Shown here one piece after another: positions 45,701-59,200 of a stretch of 64,000 nucleotides of DNA (the stretch's first letter is position 1; the number at the start of each line of letters is the position of its first letter). The DNA comes from Naegleria gruberi (lineage: Eukaryota), in the NCBI GenBank assembly GCA_000004985.1, contig GG738864.1. One strand, given 5' to 3'. A program made the position numbers and the translations under genes. The notes beneath the pieces were generated by a model. The model saw nothing but the letters and a program-made list of their open reading frames with translations, was not told the origin of the DNA and did not search any database.

Positions 45701-47577
45701 AATAAGTATCCTCTAGTTTCTTTTAAAGGAAATTCCAAAATACGATGATTGAATGTATCTGAAACATATAGAGTATCTGAATTTGCAGAATATTTAATGT
45801 CAGTAGGAGCATTCATTTGGATTGCACGTCTTGGCTTACCACTATATGGAATAGCTGACCCATCATTGGGAATGGTGAATGTTGGAATTCCAGCAAATGT
45901 ATCAATTATTCCAGTAAGTAACGAAACGTTTCTGATCAATCCATTTCTTGAATCCACAATATACATGACATTTTTCACTATGCATAATCCTTTAGGAGTG
46001 GATAACTGAGCATTAATAGCTAATCCTCCATCACCACTAAATCCAGATTGTCCAGTACCGGCTACAACATAGATTTTCCCCTCTTTGGTAATTTTTCTCA
46101 CCATATTATTTCCTGATTCAGTGAAATAAATATTTCCATCATCTGCTTTGTAAATCGATAAAGGGGTGTCCAGAACTGCATTACTGGCATCCATTCCATC
46201 TTTCTGCTTATTTTTTTTCGAAGAATCAATTAGTACTGTTTTAACTTTCTTCTTGATAACAGCTAAGGATGTGACAGAGGTTTCTGGATCAATAGATGTC
46301 ACGTAAACGCTCTCATCTTCTCCTAAATCGAGCTCTGTATAAATTACACTTTGAGATGAGGAAATTTCAGTACTACTACCCTCCAAAGAGGATACTCTTC
46401 CTGTTGTGAGCGAAATATTTCGAATAATATTACCATCAGTCACGTACAAATTCCTCAATAGTGGAGATAAGGTAATTTTCTCCATTCCCGAAAATCCATA
46501 TTTTAACATGGGTATTCCGTCTAAACTCAATCCATCCTCTGAGAAGATTTTCATCAGATTTCCATTAATAATTGTTAAAATTGCATCGTGATAGGCAATG
46601 AATACATTACTTCCAATATACATATCAGTTACTTCTCCTAGTTCAACTTTGAGGGCAGGTCCATAACTGTACTCTGTTGAATCCTTTCCAGAACCAACAA
46701 TTGCCTTACTTGTTCCATTTCTATTAATTTCGAATATTCTCTGGTAGCAAAAGGCAAATAATTGATCTTGATAAATAGTGGAGGTTCTTAAAATTGTTTT
46801 TGAATTGATAAATTCTTCTTGGTTATTACCAGCTATGGTTACATTCATTGAAAATAGATATTTTGGTTGATTGCCAATTTCATCAAGAATAATGTAGAGA
46901 GAATCATCCTTCAACACGACGAATATTTCATTAGAATCCAAATTAATCGACATGGTAGCTATTGTCATATTAAAAGCAGCAACAGGTTCCGTCCTCAACT
47001 CATTCGTTGTAACATTAAAAGCCATAATCCTATTCGAATCGGCAAAATACAGCATTCCTCTATTAATGACTGCTCTGAGTGGTGGATTGGTCAATTGAGT
47101 TGGTTTCACAAGTGTAGTTGCCTTCCCTGACTTGGTATCAAATTTCCTAATGGCAGGTATTCCTTTATCAATGAAATACACTTGATCATAGGCAATTCCA
47201 TCATCATGAATACTTTTCGAAATGAAAATCGATGAAGGATTTGAAATTAAAGTACCATTCCAACCACCCTGTTTGCTATTAAATGGTTTTCCATACTCTC
47301 CAATCACAGTTTCCACATCACCACTCGACATGTTCACTCGCATGATGCTATTTTTCGAATGTGAAAAGTAGAAACAATTTGGATGAGAAACGGATGGAAA
47401 TACAGAGAGAATATTTCCGAGTTGAATATCTTGGGATTGAGCCAAGATGTTTTCTGCATAATTTACAGGAAGGGACAATTGGGATTGAACGTGATGATGA
47501 TGATAGAAACAAAGAAGAAGAAATGAAACTAAACAAAACGTGAATGATGTGAATAGTTGCATTTTTTTAAATATCAT
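42796..47577 (-). CDS. receptor kinase A: signal peptide - ~25-30 NHL beta-propeller repeats - 4-5 EGF-like Cys modules - TM - Ser/Thr (TKL-like) kinase; ~1547 aa, 4 exons (47577..45576, 45535..45418, 45371..45058, 45005..42796)
   Basis: Introns are 40, 46 and 52 nt with GTAAGT, GTGAGT and GTATGT donors. A 46-nt intron was chosen over a 25-nt alternative because it conserves the NHL spacing GDGGxxxxAxFxxPxF. The NHL consensus recurs, for example GFSGDGGLAINAQLSTPKGL...YIVDSRNGLIRNV. The EGF-like region is CNGRGTCQSSNSCKCNSDQYLGSNCETATCYG. The TM helix is IVPIVLSIVFLALLILLVSLLVFLC. Kinase motifs are LGKGGQGMV, VAVKV, HRDLKPGNVLL and DFGLS, with APE replaced by SPQ. Confidence 0.8.
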
Positions 47578-48421
47578 AGTGGAACCCGCTCATTGACAGC
47601 AGTTACTTACTCACCTTTCACTGCTGTTGAACTGACCATACCTGGAAGTTAAATAGTGATGGAATACGCTAAATAGTACGAACAAAAGATATTACACAAA
47701 TTACAATAACACAAAACCTCACAAGATGAAAGATTTATACAGCTCTTGCTATGAGAAGGGATTTTGGTTTTGTCAACACACGGTGTTGTTAACAATGTGC
47801 TGTTTACAGTGGTAATCATATCATCTTCGTGCTACTATCTTCTTCAACAACATGATGAGGTGTGGCTCCAAGTCTTTCTACTCACCAAACCAGAAGTTTT
47901 GCACGTAGATTTTGGTGAGTTAAAACAATATATTCTATTAATTCTAAAGAATATTCATCTTCTCTTGCGTTCGTCTTATCATACTTTTTGCAAATAAATA
48001 TTACCTGATGAGAGGGTTGGGTCATATTGCCAACAAGCGTTGCTGGTTTGTTGAGAGTGTTCAAAGTAGCAATTACCACATGTTGTTCTAGAAACAACAG
48101 TACTTCTGGGTTCTTGTACATGAACCTTCATTACCAACAATTTCAAGTAAATGGGCAGGCACTTACTAGATGATGTTTTGGTGAATGTAGTAATGGCTGG
48201 TGTGGAAGGAAGCAAAGGGATAGTCTCAAGGTAGCATGCTGCAGATTGGTATAGCGATGATGAAATCGTGATGAGTTATTATTGTTTTTTTGTTGAATAT
48301 TTAACGGTCAAAACAAACAACTTTCAGCGCGAAATTACAACATAACTACAAAAAACAATAAATTCAAGGTATAGACAAGTGTAGTAACCCCATCAAGGAA
48401 AAATACTTGTTGTGAATGTAA

Positions 48422-48493
48422 TCCCGTGTAGTCCAATGGCTAGGATACCTGGCTTTCACCCAGGAGGTCCGGGTTCAATTCCCGGCATGGGAG
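48422..48493 (+). tRNA. tRNA-Glu (anticodon UUC), 72 nt, no intron
   Basis: The cloverleaf folds by hand. The acceptor TCCCGTG pairs with CATGGGA (one G-U). The D stem is GTCC/GGAT. The anticodon stem CCTGG/CCAGG carries the loop CT-TTC-AC. The variable loop is 4 nt. The T stem CCGGG/CCCGG has the loop TTCAATT. The A box is TAGTCCAATGG and the B box GGTTCAATTCC. Overall it resembles eukaryotic tRNA-Glu-TTC. Confidence 0.9.
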
Positions 48494-48498
48494 GATAA

Positions 48499-48540
48499 TT
48501 TTCCATTTACGATTTAATGTTTATTTCTCACGTTTTTTTA
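48499..48540 (+). terminator. RNA polymerase III terminator T-runs downstream of tRNA-Glu (TTTT at ~48499-48502; T7 at ~48534-48540)
   Basis: The first oligo-T run lies 5-6 nt past the tRNA 3' end. A second longer run lies ~40 nt downstream. Confidence 0.4.
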
Positions 48541-48566
48541 AAAGAAAGTCAATTATATATTCCCAA

Positions 48567-49511
48567 TCATGGCTTCTTACTTGTTTTTTTCTTAATGCAA
48601 ATCTTCTTCTTAATTGACTTGCAACACTTCTTCTTTCCACCAACTAATTTGAATTTCTTACAAATCTTCTTTCCCTTTGAACGTTTCAAGCATTTCTTAT
48701 AATACTTCTTCTTGATACATCTTGGTGGAATGACAATTGACTTTGCACAATACTTCTTCTTTTGATATTTGACACATTTGGAAATAGTCTTCTTGTGCTT
48801 ACAGAACTTGATTGTCTTATGCTTGGCACAGAAGAATTTCTTCTTAATGAGACAACATTTCTTGATGGATTTTCTCTCCTTACAATATTTAACCTTCTTA
48901 TACTTGGCACATTTCTTTGCCCATGCAACAATCTTGCACTTTTTAACATATCTACATTTGGCGACCTTCTTTTTGTAGGAATCAATAGTGTACTTGTCGC
49001 AAATCTTCCTCTTTTCACACTTCTTGATTGGAACCTTCTTGAATTTCTTACAGACCTTCTTAACTCCCTTCTTGAAACACTTGTTGATAATCTTGTGTTT
49101 GGCACAGAATTTCTTGAAACTCTTCTTGATGCAAATCTTTCTAGTTCCATAAGAATCACAAACTTTCCAATACTTCTTCTTGGCACATCCAACAATCTTG
49201 TACGCGTGCAAGACACACTTCTTTGTTGGCTTGCTGTACTTGTCACATTTGGAATATTTCTTATGTTTGAGACATTTGCCAGCACCGACGATGGCATATT
49301 TATCACAGACTTTCTTTTGACCGACGAGTTTGTGTTTCAAACACTTCTTAATCCACTTGTGCTTTAAGCATTTTCTCTTACAATGCTTTGGTTTGTGATA
49401 CTTGTCAACTATGGCGACTGGAGGTTTAGTTCGATAGGTGTCACTTGCTTGAACTGAGAGGATTGCAAGTAAGAGAAGAATTGCAAATGAAAAGATTAGA
49501 TTTGCTTTCAT
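48567..49511 (-). CDS. secreted, extremely Lys/Cys-rich repetitive protein (314 aa; signal peptide MKANLIFSFAILLLLAILSVQA; ~35% Lys, ~12% Cys in CxK / KKC / CxKHK periodic motifs)
   Basis: ATG-initiated ORF. Its composition is far outside this window's norm. The long antisense ORFs over it (48686..49306, 48762..49367) are low-complexity shadows. Confidence 0.6.
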   Translation of the reverse strand: MKANLIFSFAILLLLAILSVQASDTYRTKPPVAIVDKYHKPKHCKRKCLKHKWIKKCLKHKLVGQKKVCDKYAIVGAGKCLKHKKYSKCDKYSKPTKKCVLHAYKIVGCAKKKYWKVCDSYGTRKICIKKSFKKFCAKHKIINKCFKKGVKKVCKKFKKVPIKKCEKRKICDKYTIDSYKKKVAKCRYVKKCKIVAWAKKCAKYKKVKYCKERKSIKKCCLIKKKFFCAKHKTIKFCKHKKTISKCVKYQKKKYCAKSIVIPPRCIKKKYYKKCLKRSKGKKICKKFKLVGGKKKCCKSIKKKICIKKKTSKKP

Positions 49512-49736
49512 TTTTTTTTGTTATTGGATGGAATAGTTCAACAAGTGGGTGATAATTTAAACCCTTTCGAATAGTTTTGCATTAGGAACAAACTAAAACA
49601 AGTTGCATGTAAGGTTCCAATTTTGGATAGAAAGCTGATCTCCATTCGAAATCTTTAACTAATTCAATTTGCAATTCATCTTTCAAAAGAATTCATAATC
49701 TTAAGGTATTGTTTCTCAGAAAATCATTAGATTAAG

Positions 49737-51119
49737 ATGAATCTTGAGTTGCATCGTTTGAAACGCGAACTCATTTCTAATGAACTTTCCAATAAAAAAT
49801 CATCAAAAAAAATGTCAAAAGAACTGCTCATTCAAGACACTTACGAATTTGTGGATATTTTCTCTCAAGTTTTCCAATTCATGGAAATTAAAGATATCTA
49901 TCCACTACAAAGAGTTTCTGGTTTCTTCTATCGGATGATTGAAAACTTGAAGGAAACTTACATTCGTCCAGTTTACGAAATCGGAGTTGTGGCCACAAAC
50001 GAAGAGCAGTTAGAAAATTTTATTCGAATCTATTTAAATTCATCACAACCACCAAAGAAATATCCAACAATGGACGAATTTATTGCTTCGGATAATTTCA
50101 CAGACGAAATTGCTTCCATTAATAATGTTTTTACAGTTTATGAGAAATACGAAAGGCAGTTTATTTTCAAACAAGATAGATTTAGGGCAATTTTCTATCC
50201 GATTCTGTGTCATAGACATGGAAGTTTGGGAAGAGATGAGCTGAATAGATTGGAAGGGTTTATTTTCCTTTCGCCAGAATATTCGACAGGTTATGCACTC
50301 ATGCCTGAGGGTGTTGATATTTGTGCAACTGTTTTGGATGATCACTATTATTCCAGTAAGCATTTCGTTAAGGAGGAAGAAAAGGAAAAGCTTACAGATA
50401 GAGGATTAGGATTTGTTAAAAATCCAAATTCGAATCCACCAAATACGAATCCACCTTTTGTAAAATTGAAGAAAATTCGAATGCCAGTCATTGAATTTGG
50501 AACTGTTGAAGTGGATGAGAAAGTTTACAAGTACCAGGAGGAATCTCTTGTACAATGCTTAATGTATATTGTGAGTCATTCTAAGAGATGTCTAGATTTG
50601 GATCACTCACTTTCGAATAAGAAACAAAATATGGAAGAATTGAAAGGTTCTCAAAAATTATTTGAAAAAATTACAAAATTAATCAAATTGAAAGATGAAG
50701 AGTTGATGAAAACATTGAAAAGTCTTTTCAAAAATCGATTTGAATATTACAATTTGTTGACCACAGACAATTTGGTCTACATGACGAAACGTCTATGTTT
50801 CTTCCACATTCCTCTTGGAGTTCAAGTTGTTTTATTGAAGAAATTATACACTACACTTGTAAAGAATACTGCATCCCTTTCTGTTAATAATGGAAAAGCT
50901 TCTGTCAAAGTGGAAAGTGAATTTATCAGTGTCCAGTACAAGCAATTAGTTTCCACCGACGATTATGAGTATGTTTATGGATATCATACAAGGAAAAATA
51001 AGAAGGACATTCGGATGGTAACTATTCGATTCTATTATGGAGAGAAAATTGAATTTAAATATGAAAATATTGGAAAGGAAAATACCACACAAAAAGAAGA
51101 TAAATGTTCTTTACAATAG
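49737..51119 (+). CDS. hypothetical protein, 460 aa, with an N-terminal F-box-like segment
   Basis: LLIQDTYEFVDIFSQVFQFMEIKDIYPLQRVSGFFYRMI resembles the F-box consensus LPxEILxxIFxxL...LxxVCKxW. The rest is unassigned. Confidence 0.45.
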   Translation: MNLELHRLKRELISNELSNKKSSKKMSKELLIQDTYEFVDIFSQVFQFMEIKDIYPLQRVSGFFYRMIENLKETYIRPVYEIGVVATNEEQLENFIRIYLNSSQPPKKYPTMDEFIASDNFTDEIASINNVFTVYEKYERQFIFKQDRFRAIFYPILCHRHGSLGRDELNRLEGFIFLSPEYSTGYALMPEGVDICATVLDDHYYSSKHFVKEEEKEKLTDRGLGFVKNPNSNPPNTNPPFVKLKKIRMPVIEFGTVEVDEKVYKYQEESLVQCLMYIVSHSKRCLDLDHSLSNKKQNMEELKGSQKLFEKITKLIKLKDEELMKTLKSLFKNRFEYYNLLTTDNLVYMTKRLCFFHIPLGVQVVLLKKLYTTLVKNTASLSVNNGKASVKVESEFISVQYKQLVSTDDYEYVYGYHTRKNKKDIRMVTIRFYYGEKIEFKYENIGKENTTQKEDKCSLQ

Positions 51120-51159
51120 AGTTGAAAAGAGCTGTCAAAAAAGGAAAATAATTGAAATT

Positions 51160-54100
51160 TTATTTGAAATAATTGAGGGAAAGAAGTTGAGATGCATTTG
51201 GTCTTTGTTTTGAATCTTTTTCTAACATTTGCAATACAATTTCAATTAAATCATTCGAATATTCATTATCATTGGATTGTTTCATTTGTTTTGTTAGAAT
51301 GTTGATTGCGTTTTGTGATTGAATTCCCATCAACAAGTTGCTGATTGATGTTTCCTTGTCTTTTGTCATGATTTGATAAATTGAAACACCCAAAGAGAAA
51401 ATATCAGTATTAAAGGAATAGGAACTGCCAAGGGCAATTTCTGGACTCATATCTGAATGGTTTAGTTTCGTCTAAATAAAAAAATAAACTTACATAAAGG
51501 AGTTCCAGCATAGGATTGACCTTTTGATTCTTGAAACTTTTTAGCCAATCCAAAATCTGCCAAAACAATTTCAATTTTTTCACTTTCCAACTTTTTTATA
51601 AATATATTTGTTGGCTTAATATCTCTATTTTTCCAAAATTGATTTTACAAATTCCTAATATATACTTACCTATGAATAATATGCATCTCCTCATGAACAA
51701 GTTTCAATGCACTCAACATTTGTTTCAATATTTGCTTCAATAATTTCTCACTCACTACTTCGTCGTGTTTCAATAAATTTGTCAAATCTCCACATTCATA
51801 ATAATCCATGTCAATAATCAATAAATTGTCGTTGGTGATGAAATAATCATTCACCTTGATGATATTTGGATGATTGATATGGCTCAATTGGGATGCCTCT
51901 TTCATGATGGTATTCAAATCAGTGAATGATTCAAATCTGATAAGTTTGATTGCTTTCAGTTTGTTTCCATGTTTAATATCTGAAACTTTGAAAACACTTC
52001 CAAATGCTCCTTGTCCAATTCTTACAATATTCGAATATCTTGAGAAGGGATTTTCTTCAGAACTACTGGACGAGCCATTTGATGAAGAAATAATCATTGA
52101 GCTGGTGGAAGGAAATTCATTATCCGAAAGTTCAATATTGTTAGTATTGACCTGAACAATTTCCAATTTCTTATTCTTTCTTTTTCTTGAATTGAAGCAC
52201 ATTACCATAATGACTACTATTACAATTATTGTAAACAAAATTAATAAAGATCCAACAATAGGAATAACAATTGCAACTATTAATACTGATGAGTTGGTCG
52301 ATAATTGTCTTGCAATCTTAGTTATTTCACAATACTTTCCTTCAAAATCATCTTTACATTGACACGTGTCAAAATCCGAACAAATTCCATTTCCATTGCA
52401 AACACTTGAATTAGTTGCCAAAGTTCCATTACAATTCAATAGCATATCACACGTATTATTCCAAGTATTGAAAACATAATTTTCCTCACATTGTGGAATA
52501 ATCTTTCGAATATAAGTTGTTGCATCAATGAAGAAAATTTCACCTGAACTTTCGTCAAATTCAACTTGTTTTGTGAAGGAAGTAAATATTGTATCGGAAC
52601 CCTTTCCATCTCCATTGAATGCAGGAGAGGATGACCTCTTTCCAGCCAAGTCAATCAATAATCCACTCTTTTTCTCGTACATTCGAATAAGATTAGGAGC
52701 GCCTTTACTAGTTACTGTTCCATCTAACAATATAATATCACCATTCTTCTTGACAAAGATAGCAGAGGGGTTATCAATCGAAGATTCTAGTGCTGGTAAT
52801 CTGTCTCCTGAATATCCTTGAGAGAAAGTTCCCACCAAAGTTCTCAAATAAAATTGATTATTCGAAATCTTTTCAATTCTTCTAATGGTTTCCATTGTAC
52901 TTAAATAAAGATTTCCATCAATATAAAAAAGTGAAGTAATTAATCCAGGATACGTTTGAAAATTAACAACTATTCCGTCAGTAGATATTGGATTTGAGGA
53001 ATTGAACGTAAATTCCAGATTTAGTAGTTGAGTTTCCAAGCTGTATCTGTAAATATGCAAGATGTCTGATATTACTAAATCACCATTTGATTCATCTATT
53101 GTAAACCCTGACATTGCATTTGGTGGACAAGGTGAAAGTGTTCCCTTGACATTTGGTACAAAAGCTCCACAAGCACTTCCAATCACTCTTTCATAATTCA
53201 TAGTTTCTGGATCAAGTCTGATAATTCTACATGTTTCCTTAATGTATATCTTGTTATCAAATTTGGAAAGTTTACCAAAAGTTTTTAAACCAAGTATTGA
53301 CATGGTGATTGTCAAATAAGGAAAATCAAAAACTGGAATAGAAGGCAATAAAAACCAGCTAAGTGAAATTGACTTGCCTGTTTTTTCGTCAAACTTTTTT
53401 AAAACTCGATAATTATCAATGAAATAGTTTATCTTTTTAGCCGAATCTCTCATCAACAAAACAGGACTCAATGTTTTAGCTAATGGATTGAGTCCAGCTA
53501 TGGTTTTGATTGTTCCATTTGAAATTTCACTGATATAATTGGAGCAGGAGATGTAAATTCTTGAATCTTCTCTGTTCACTTGAATTGCATAACTTTGTAT
53601 TTGATTGTAATCTAATTTCAGTTTACAAAAATTACTTACGTTGCTGAAGTTTCAATAGGAATGTCATCACCATTGAATCCAGATGTATAAATATTAGTAT
53701 TTGAAATGTTAACCGCATCAAGTCCAACAATTTTCTTTAATGAAAGTGAATCCCATGAATATTCATAAACTTGTGAATAAATATAGAAATAGAAAATTCT
53801 GCCAAATGTAGTAAATCCATTAAATGATATATCTGATATTTTTCTAATACTAGTTGTATAATTTCCATTCTTATAATCAATATATTCATAAATACTGTTA
53901 CCAGAATAATATAACAGAGAATTAGTTCCATTTATGGTTAAATCTGGAATAACACGTATCAAACCTAACCCAGGGATATCAATTTTCAGGATATACAATA
54001 GATTGGATTTGTGAAAAACTGAAAAGGTTTGAACGTAAGTTTGATAATAAATTGTTGAATTCTCATAGGAATCCCCTGTTGCAGTAATGGCACTCGAATA

Positions 54101-55548
54101 ATATTTTGGATCGTGAACAAGTGTCAAATTTTGAGTTTCCATATTGAATACGTATAATCCCAAATTTATACTACCAGTAATCAAAATTTCTCCATTTCCA
54201 AAATGATGTAAAAAGCCAATTGAGAAGAAAATTCGACTAGGTTTGTTGGAGGGGTATTTCAATTCTTTGGAAGAGCCAAATACTGTTGTCATTTTCCCAT
54301 TCGAAACCTTTCGAATTACTAAAGATTGTTCAACAAAATAGAGATCGTTCTTGTATCGAAATGGAAATGTAGTAGCTCCGTAAGTGTACATTTTGAGAGG
54401 TGAAATATTTTCACCATACGGATGATTGATTATTCCACCTGCAAGTGTAGAAACCATCTTGCTTTGTAAATCAATCTTTCGAATACAACTGTTCGATTTA
54501 TCCGCAACCAAAATTGAATTACGAGTCACAATCAAAGAAGAAGGTTCATAAAACTTGATACTAGAGGTATCATATAATTGATTATCACCTTCATATCCAC
54601 TTTCAGATACAGAACTTCCAATAAATAAAAGAGTAGAGGATGATTTTTCCTTTTTCATCTGAATGAAATGATTTGATTGTGAAGAGGTGTAAATTTCACC
54701 TTCATTCGAAACATAAATTCCATATCTGAAAGTAAATATTAAATTTCATCATTATTACTATTCGAAACTTACAAATTAGATTGAGATAATCCTCCATCCA
54801 CAATTCTATAAAATCCATTTTCATCAATTGACTTGACTCTTTCCTCATCTGTGAAATATACAATATCATTCTTTCCATTATTAGAATAAACATATATATT
54901 CTTTGGTGATTTTAAAAGTAATGACTTGGCATCAACTCCATCATAATCTCCATTTAGATAACCACCTCCTCCTAATATGGAAAGTGTTTGAGTGGCAATT
55001 TCATATTTCCAAATTAAGTTATTATTAGTATCTGCAATGTAGGCATTTCCATTCTTTGAAACACTGACACCTTTTGGTTTGTTAAAGGTATGCGAAATGG
55101 AAGAAACCAATTTGGTCGAATACGAAACTATTCGAATCATATCATTCAAAGTATCGGCAATAAACAAATCACCATTCAATGGATTCACTGCCACAGATGT
55201 TGGTGTATTCAGTAGAGTACCAACAGCACTCTGTCCATCTCCATTAAACCCACTCGTTGTAAATCCAGCATAAACTTCCAAAGTTGACCAATTTTGATCA
55301 TAAATTCTATAAATTAAATGTCTTTCAATATCAGAAATATAAATCTCACCATTCAATCCTTCACATAATCCACTCGGTGATAACATGTAAGCAAATTTCG
55401 CATCCACCACATCAAAATTAGTTGTACTTCCTTCAATTGTTTTGGTTGAGTAATATTTCACATTCTTCGATCTTTCCACAGCAGCACATGTGCTGGCCAA
55501 CAAGTTGCTGAGCAGGAGTAGTAGTAGTATTGAAGTGGTGACCTCCAT
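51160..55548 (-). CDS. receptor kinase B (paralog of A/C): signal peptide - NHL propeller repeats - EGF-like modules - TM - Ser/Thr kinase; ~1402 aa, 5 exons (55548..54773, 54725..53640, 53592..51670, 51624..51494, 51452..51160)
   Basis: The signal peptide MEVTTSILLLLLLSNLLASTCAA starts at an internal Met of track ORF 54769..55824. Introns are 47, 47, 45 and 41 nt, all with GTAAGT donors. A kinase exon missed by the ORF track encodes HRDIKPTNIFIKKLESEKIEIVLADFGLAKKFQESKGQSYAGTPLY|MSPEIALG. Other kinase motifs are IGQGAFGSV and AIKLI. The TM helix is LIVAIVIPIVGSLLILFTIIVIVVIMV. EGF-like modules include CNGNGICSDFDTCQCKDDFEGKYC. Confidence 0.8.
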
Positions 55549-56212
55549 TGAAAGACACCTGCCAACTGTCGCATGTCTTGAGTAATGGTACAACATGTTT
55601 GCTTTATTTTTGTTTATTTTGAACAATACATCTTGTGCGTCTATTTCCGAATAATCAATGTGGGTTAAAGGATAATTGTTCCAACTCCATAACAGATGTT
55701 GTAAAGAAATTGATGTATGGTGATTGGATGAATATTCCTCTTTTTTGGCAAGTTTCGTCATCATCTCATGCGGGTAAATTAGTGTTACTGTACCGTTGTA
55801 GTAGCTCGAACATTCTATGTTCAAAGGATTAGTCTAAATTCGAATAAAAATTAAAGATCTAATTAAACTCCACATGATTCATTTCTTGTGTAATATGCAA
55901 ATTATCAGCAATAGATTCAGGAAATTGTAAACTCCATCTTCATGATCCAATTCATAATATTCATTGTTTTCCAAATTTACAATAACTGAACAAACAAACC
56001 TTGCTTCAAAAAATCAACCAAACTCTCGTAATACCTTGCTTGGTTTTCGTTCCAACAATTCATCTCTTGCTGTAAATTAAGATGAATTACTGTGTGATCA
56101 AGTTTTTTCCTTAGATTCTAGTTGTAAAAGAGAATTCTCCATTTCTAAAAGAGATCCAAAGGAGGATTGACTAAAGTGCATACATATAAGTGTTAAAGTG
56201 ATTGTTTATTAA

Positions 56213-59200
56213 TTAATTTTTGAGTGAATTTTTCAATAGAGAAAGAATTTCATTAAAGTGGTGAATAGAAGGTCTTTGAGAAGGATTAGTTTCCCATCCC
56301 TTCTTAATTAAATCAAGTAATTGGTAGATTACTGTACTTTCTTGGAGTGAATAGGCCTTTTTCATTTCACACCAAGATTGACAATCTTCCAAAGTTTCGA
56401 ATGGAATGAGTGGACGATGTCCAGATGCAATCTTTGGAAGCAGTTGGCTTAATAAATTTTGATATTGAACTGGTTGTTCAAGATTCAACTTGTTTAATAT
56501 CAATGGATTCGTATAATAATAAGGATCCATAATTTCAAATAGAATTTGCCACATGATTATTGACAAACTATAAATGTCAACAGCAGTTAACAATTGCCTT
56601 TCAATTTCACCAAATGATTCAGGACTATTAATCAAAATCATTAGAAAGATAATAAATAGTAATACTCTACCTCATATAATAAAAAGTTCCAATTTGATTT
56701 GTAATTTGCGTGTTGTTTTGCTTATTCAAGAGTCTGGACAAACCAAAATCACACAACTTGCTCACTCCATGAACATCTTGCAAAATATTGGCAGGTTTCA
56801 AATCTCTGTGCACGATCGTTGGTTTCAGATTGTGTAAATATTCGATTCCTTTGCAGATATCAAGCATAATATCCATCTTTTGACTCAATGACAATTTCAT
56901 TCTATTAGATTGGAGTTCAGCAATAATATTTTCAAGACTTCTCTCCATTTTCTCCATTACAATATATCTCTTGGTTGGAGTAGAAGAAACTCCAAAGAAG
57001 GAAATAATATTTGGATGTCTCAATCTGGAAAGAACTGTTGCTTCAGACCTAAAATCATTTTCATCAATATTCATATTATTCAAATCGAAAACCTTAATAG
57101 CTACTTCAGTTCCAATCCATTGAGATTGATAAACTGATCCATAGCCACCAGAACCAAGTTTCTTCATTTTACCCAAATCCAACTTGTTAATAGAAATGAA
57201 GAATGAATCTGCTTCATCCTTCTTCTTTCCATCATTGTCAATTTCCAGTTCAAGCATGTTATCAGTAACAAATTGATCAGTTTTAATGATCTTTCTCTGA
57301 ACATAATACTTTCTGAATAGACCAATAATAATGAAAAGTGAACCACCAATGCAAAAGACAAGAACTGCAACACCTATTAAAGCACCAATAAGAGCCCACA
57401 GTTCATCAGAATGTTGACATTGTTCACCTGAATAACCAAATTGACAGGTGCATTGATTTGGAAGTGAACAACTGCCTCTTCCATTACAAACGTCTGCCTC
57501 TTTTTCATTCCTTCCAAAACATGTCATTAATTCACATTCTAAACCAGTATATCCAGTATTACAAGAACATTGATTCTTGTCAAGGCAACTTCCTCTTACT
57601 GAACCACCACAAGCCCCGTCAAGAATCTTTCTGAAACAAATTGGCGTTTGACACATTGAGGAAGTATATCCTTCTTTACAAATGCAAGTATTTGGAGCTG
57701 TGCAGTTACCTCTTCCATTTGTGCAAACACTGGAACTATTAGAAGCTTCTCCATAACAAACTGGTATTTCACATTCGAAACCTGTATATCGAGACGAGTC
57801 ATAACATTGACACAAATCTGGTGAAAGACATTCTCCATTATTATTGCAAACATTTCCACTCAACAGTTTGATCTTTCCATAACAAATTGGAAGGCAAGTA
57901 TCATTCTTTGAATAGACATGACCATTCTCACAGAAAGCTTCCAATTTTCTAACATTATTCAATGAAGAATCGATAAAGAATAATACATTTCCTTCATTGT
58001 TAATTGTCATGGAGGTGGGTGAAATACTGAAAGGTTTTGATTTGGTTTGAGATGGAGCAGATCCATCCCCCGCAATTACATCAAATGGATGACTAGCAAT
58101 GGTTGAAATCTTTCTAATAAAATTGTTTTTGCTATCTGAAATAATTGTTTGTCCCTTATAAGAAACAACTGAGGAAGGTGAATTTAAGGAACTTGTTTTT
58201 GGATCAGAGGTTTGAGAGAAGCCAGTGAACCCATTACCTGCTACAGTTTCCAATAATCCTTTCTTGTTAATTTTTCTCACCTTACTAATTCCAGATTCGA
58301 CAAAGATTAATTCACCCTCTTCATTGACATACAATCCTTTAGGTGCTGCAATATCTGATGAAATGGCCAATCTTCCATCCTCGGAGATTCCAAACAATCC
58401 AGTTCCTGCAATAGTTGAAATTACTCCATTTGTGGAAATCTTTCTAATTCTATTCTGAGCTGTTTCACTAACGTACATTTCACCACTCGAGGAGAAGGCA
58501 ACATACGAAGCCTCAACTTGTGAATAAAGAGCCAAGTTATTGTCGCCAATTCCTCCAGCAAATTTCTTTACCCACTTTCCTTCAATTTGACTTTCCAATA
58601 TTCTATTGTTACCTTTTCAAATTTCTTAATAAAATAATTCTAAATACTTTTAACTTACCTGAATCAGCAATAAATAAAATAGATTTGGAATGGTCAAAGA
58701 AGGTACATTGTGGATTATTCAATTTGACATTAGAACCTGTAATGTTTCCTTCGAAATAATTATAACCTGCAAAACCATTACCAACAACTGAATAAGTGGA
58801 CGAAAGGACAGCAAATCTAATTCTATGAGATTGGGAATCAGTAATGTGGATATCAGTTAAAGCAGATCCAACTGAGTTTACACTCGAAACACAAGTTGGT
58901 GTATTGTAAATTGCATTTGGTAAATTAAAATCATCTGTGTAACCCTTAGCTCCACTACCACTATGCGTAGTTACAGTTACTGGATCATTAAAAAGTGGTT
59001 GTAGATCAACATATCTAATACGATTATTTCCAGAGTCTGCAAAATAGATAATCCAATCTGAATTGAGAGAGAATCCCATAGGTGTGTCCAAATGAGTGGA
59101 GAGAGCTGGCCCATCACCATTGAATCCCTTTACACCACTTCCAGCAATGGTTTGAATAATACCAGTACTAAGAGTAATTTGTCTTAATCTATTATTGAAA

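Noticed and set aside
48686-49367. Long antisense and alternative-frame ORFs (206 and 201 aa) overlapping the K/C-rich gene
   Set aside because: They are artefacts of low-complexity AAG/TGY-rich sequence. The signal-peptide-bearing frame is the plausible one.
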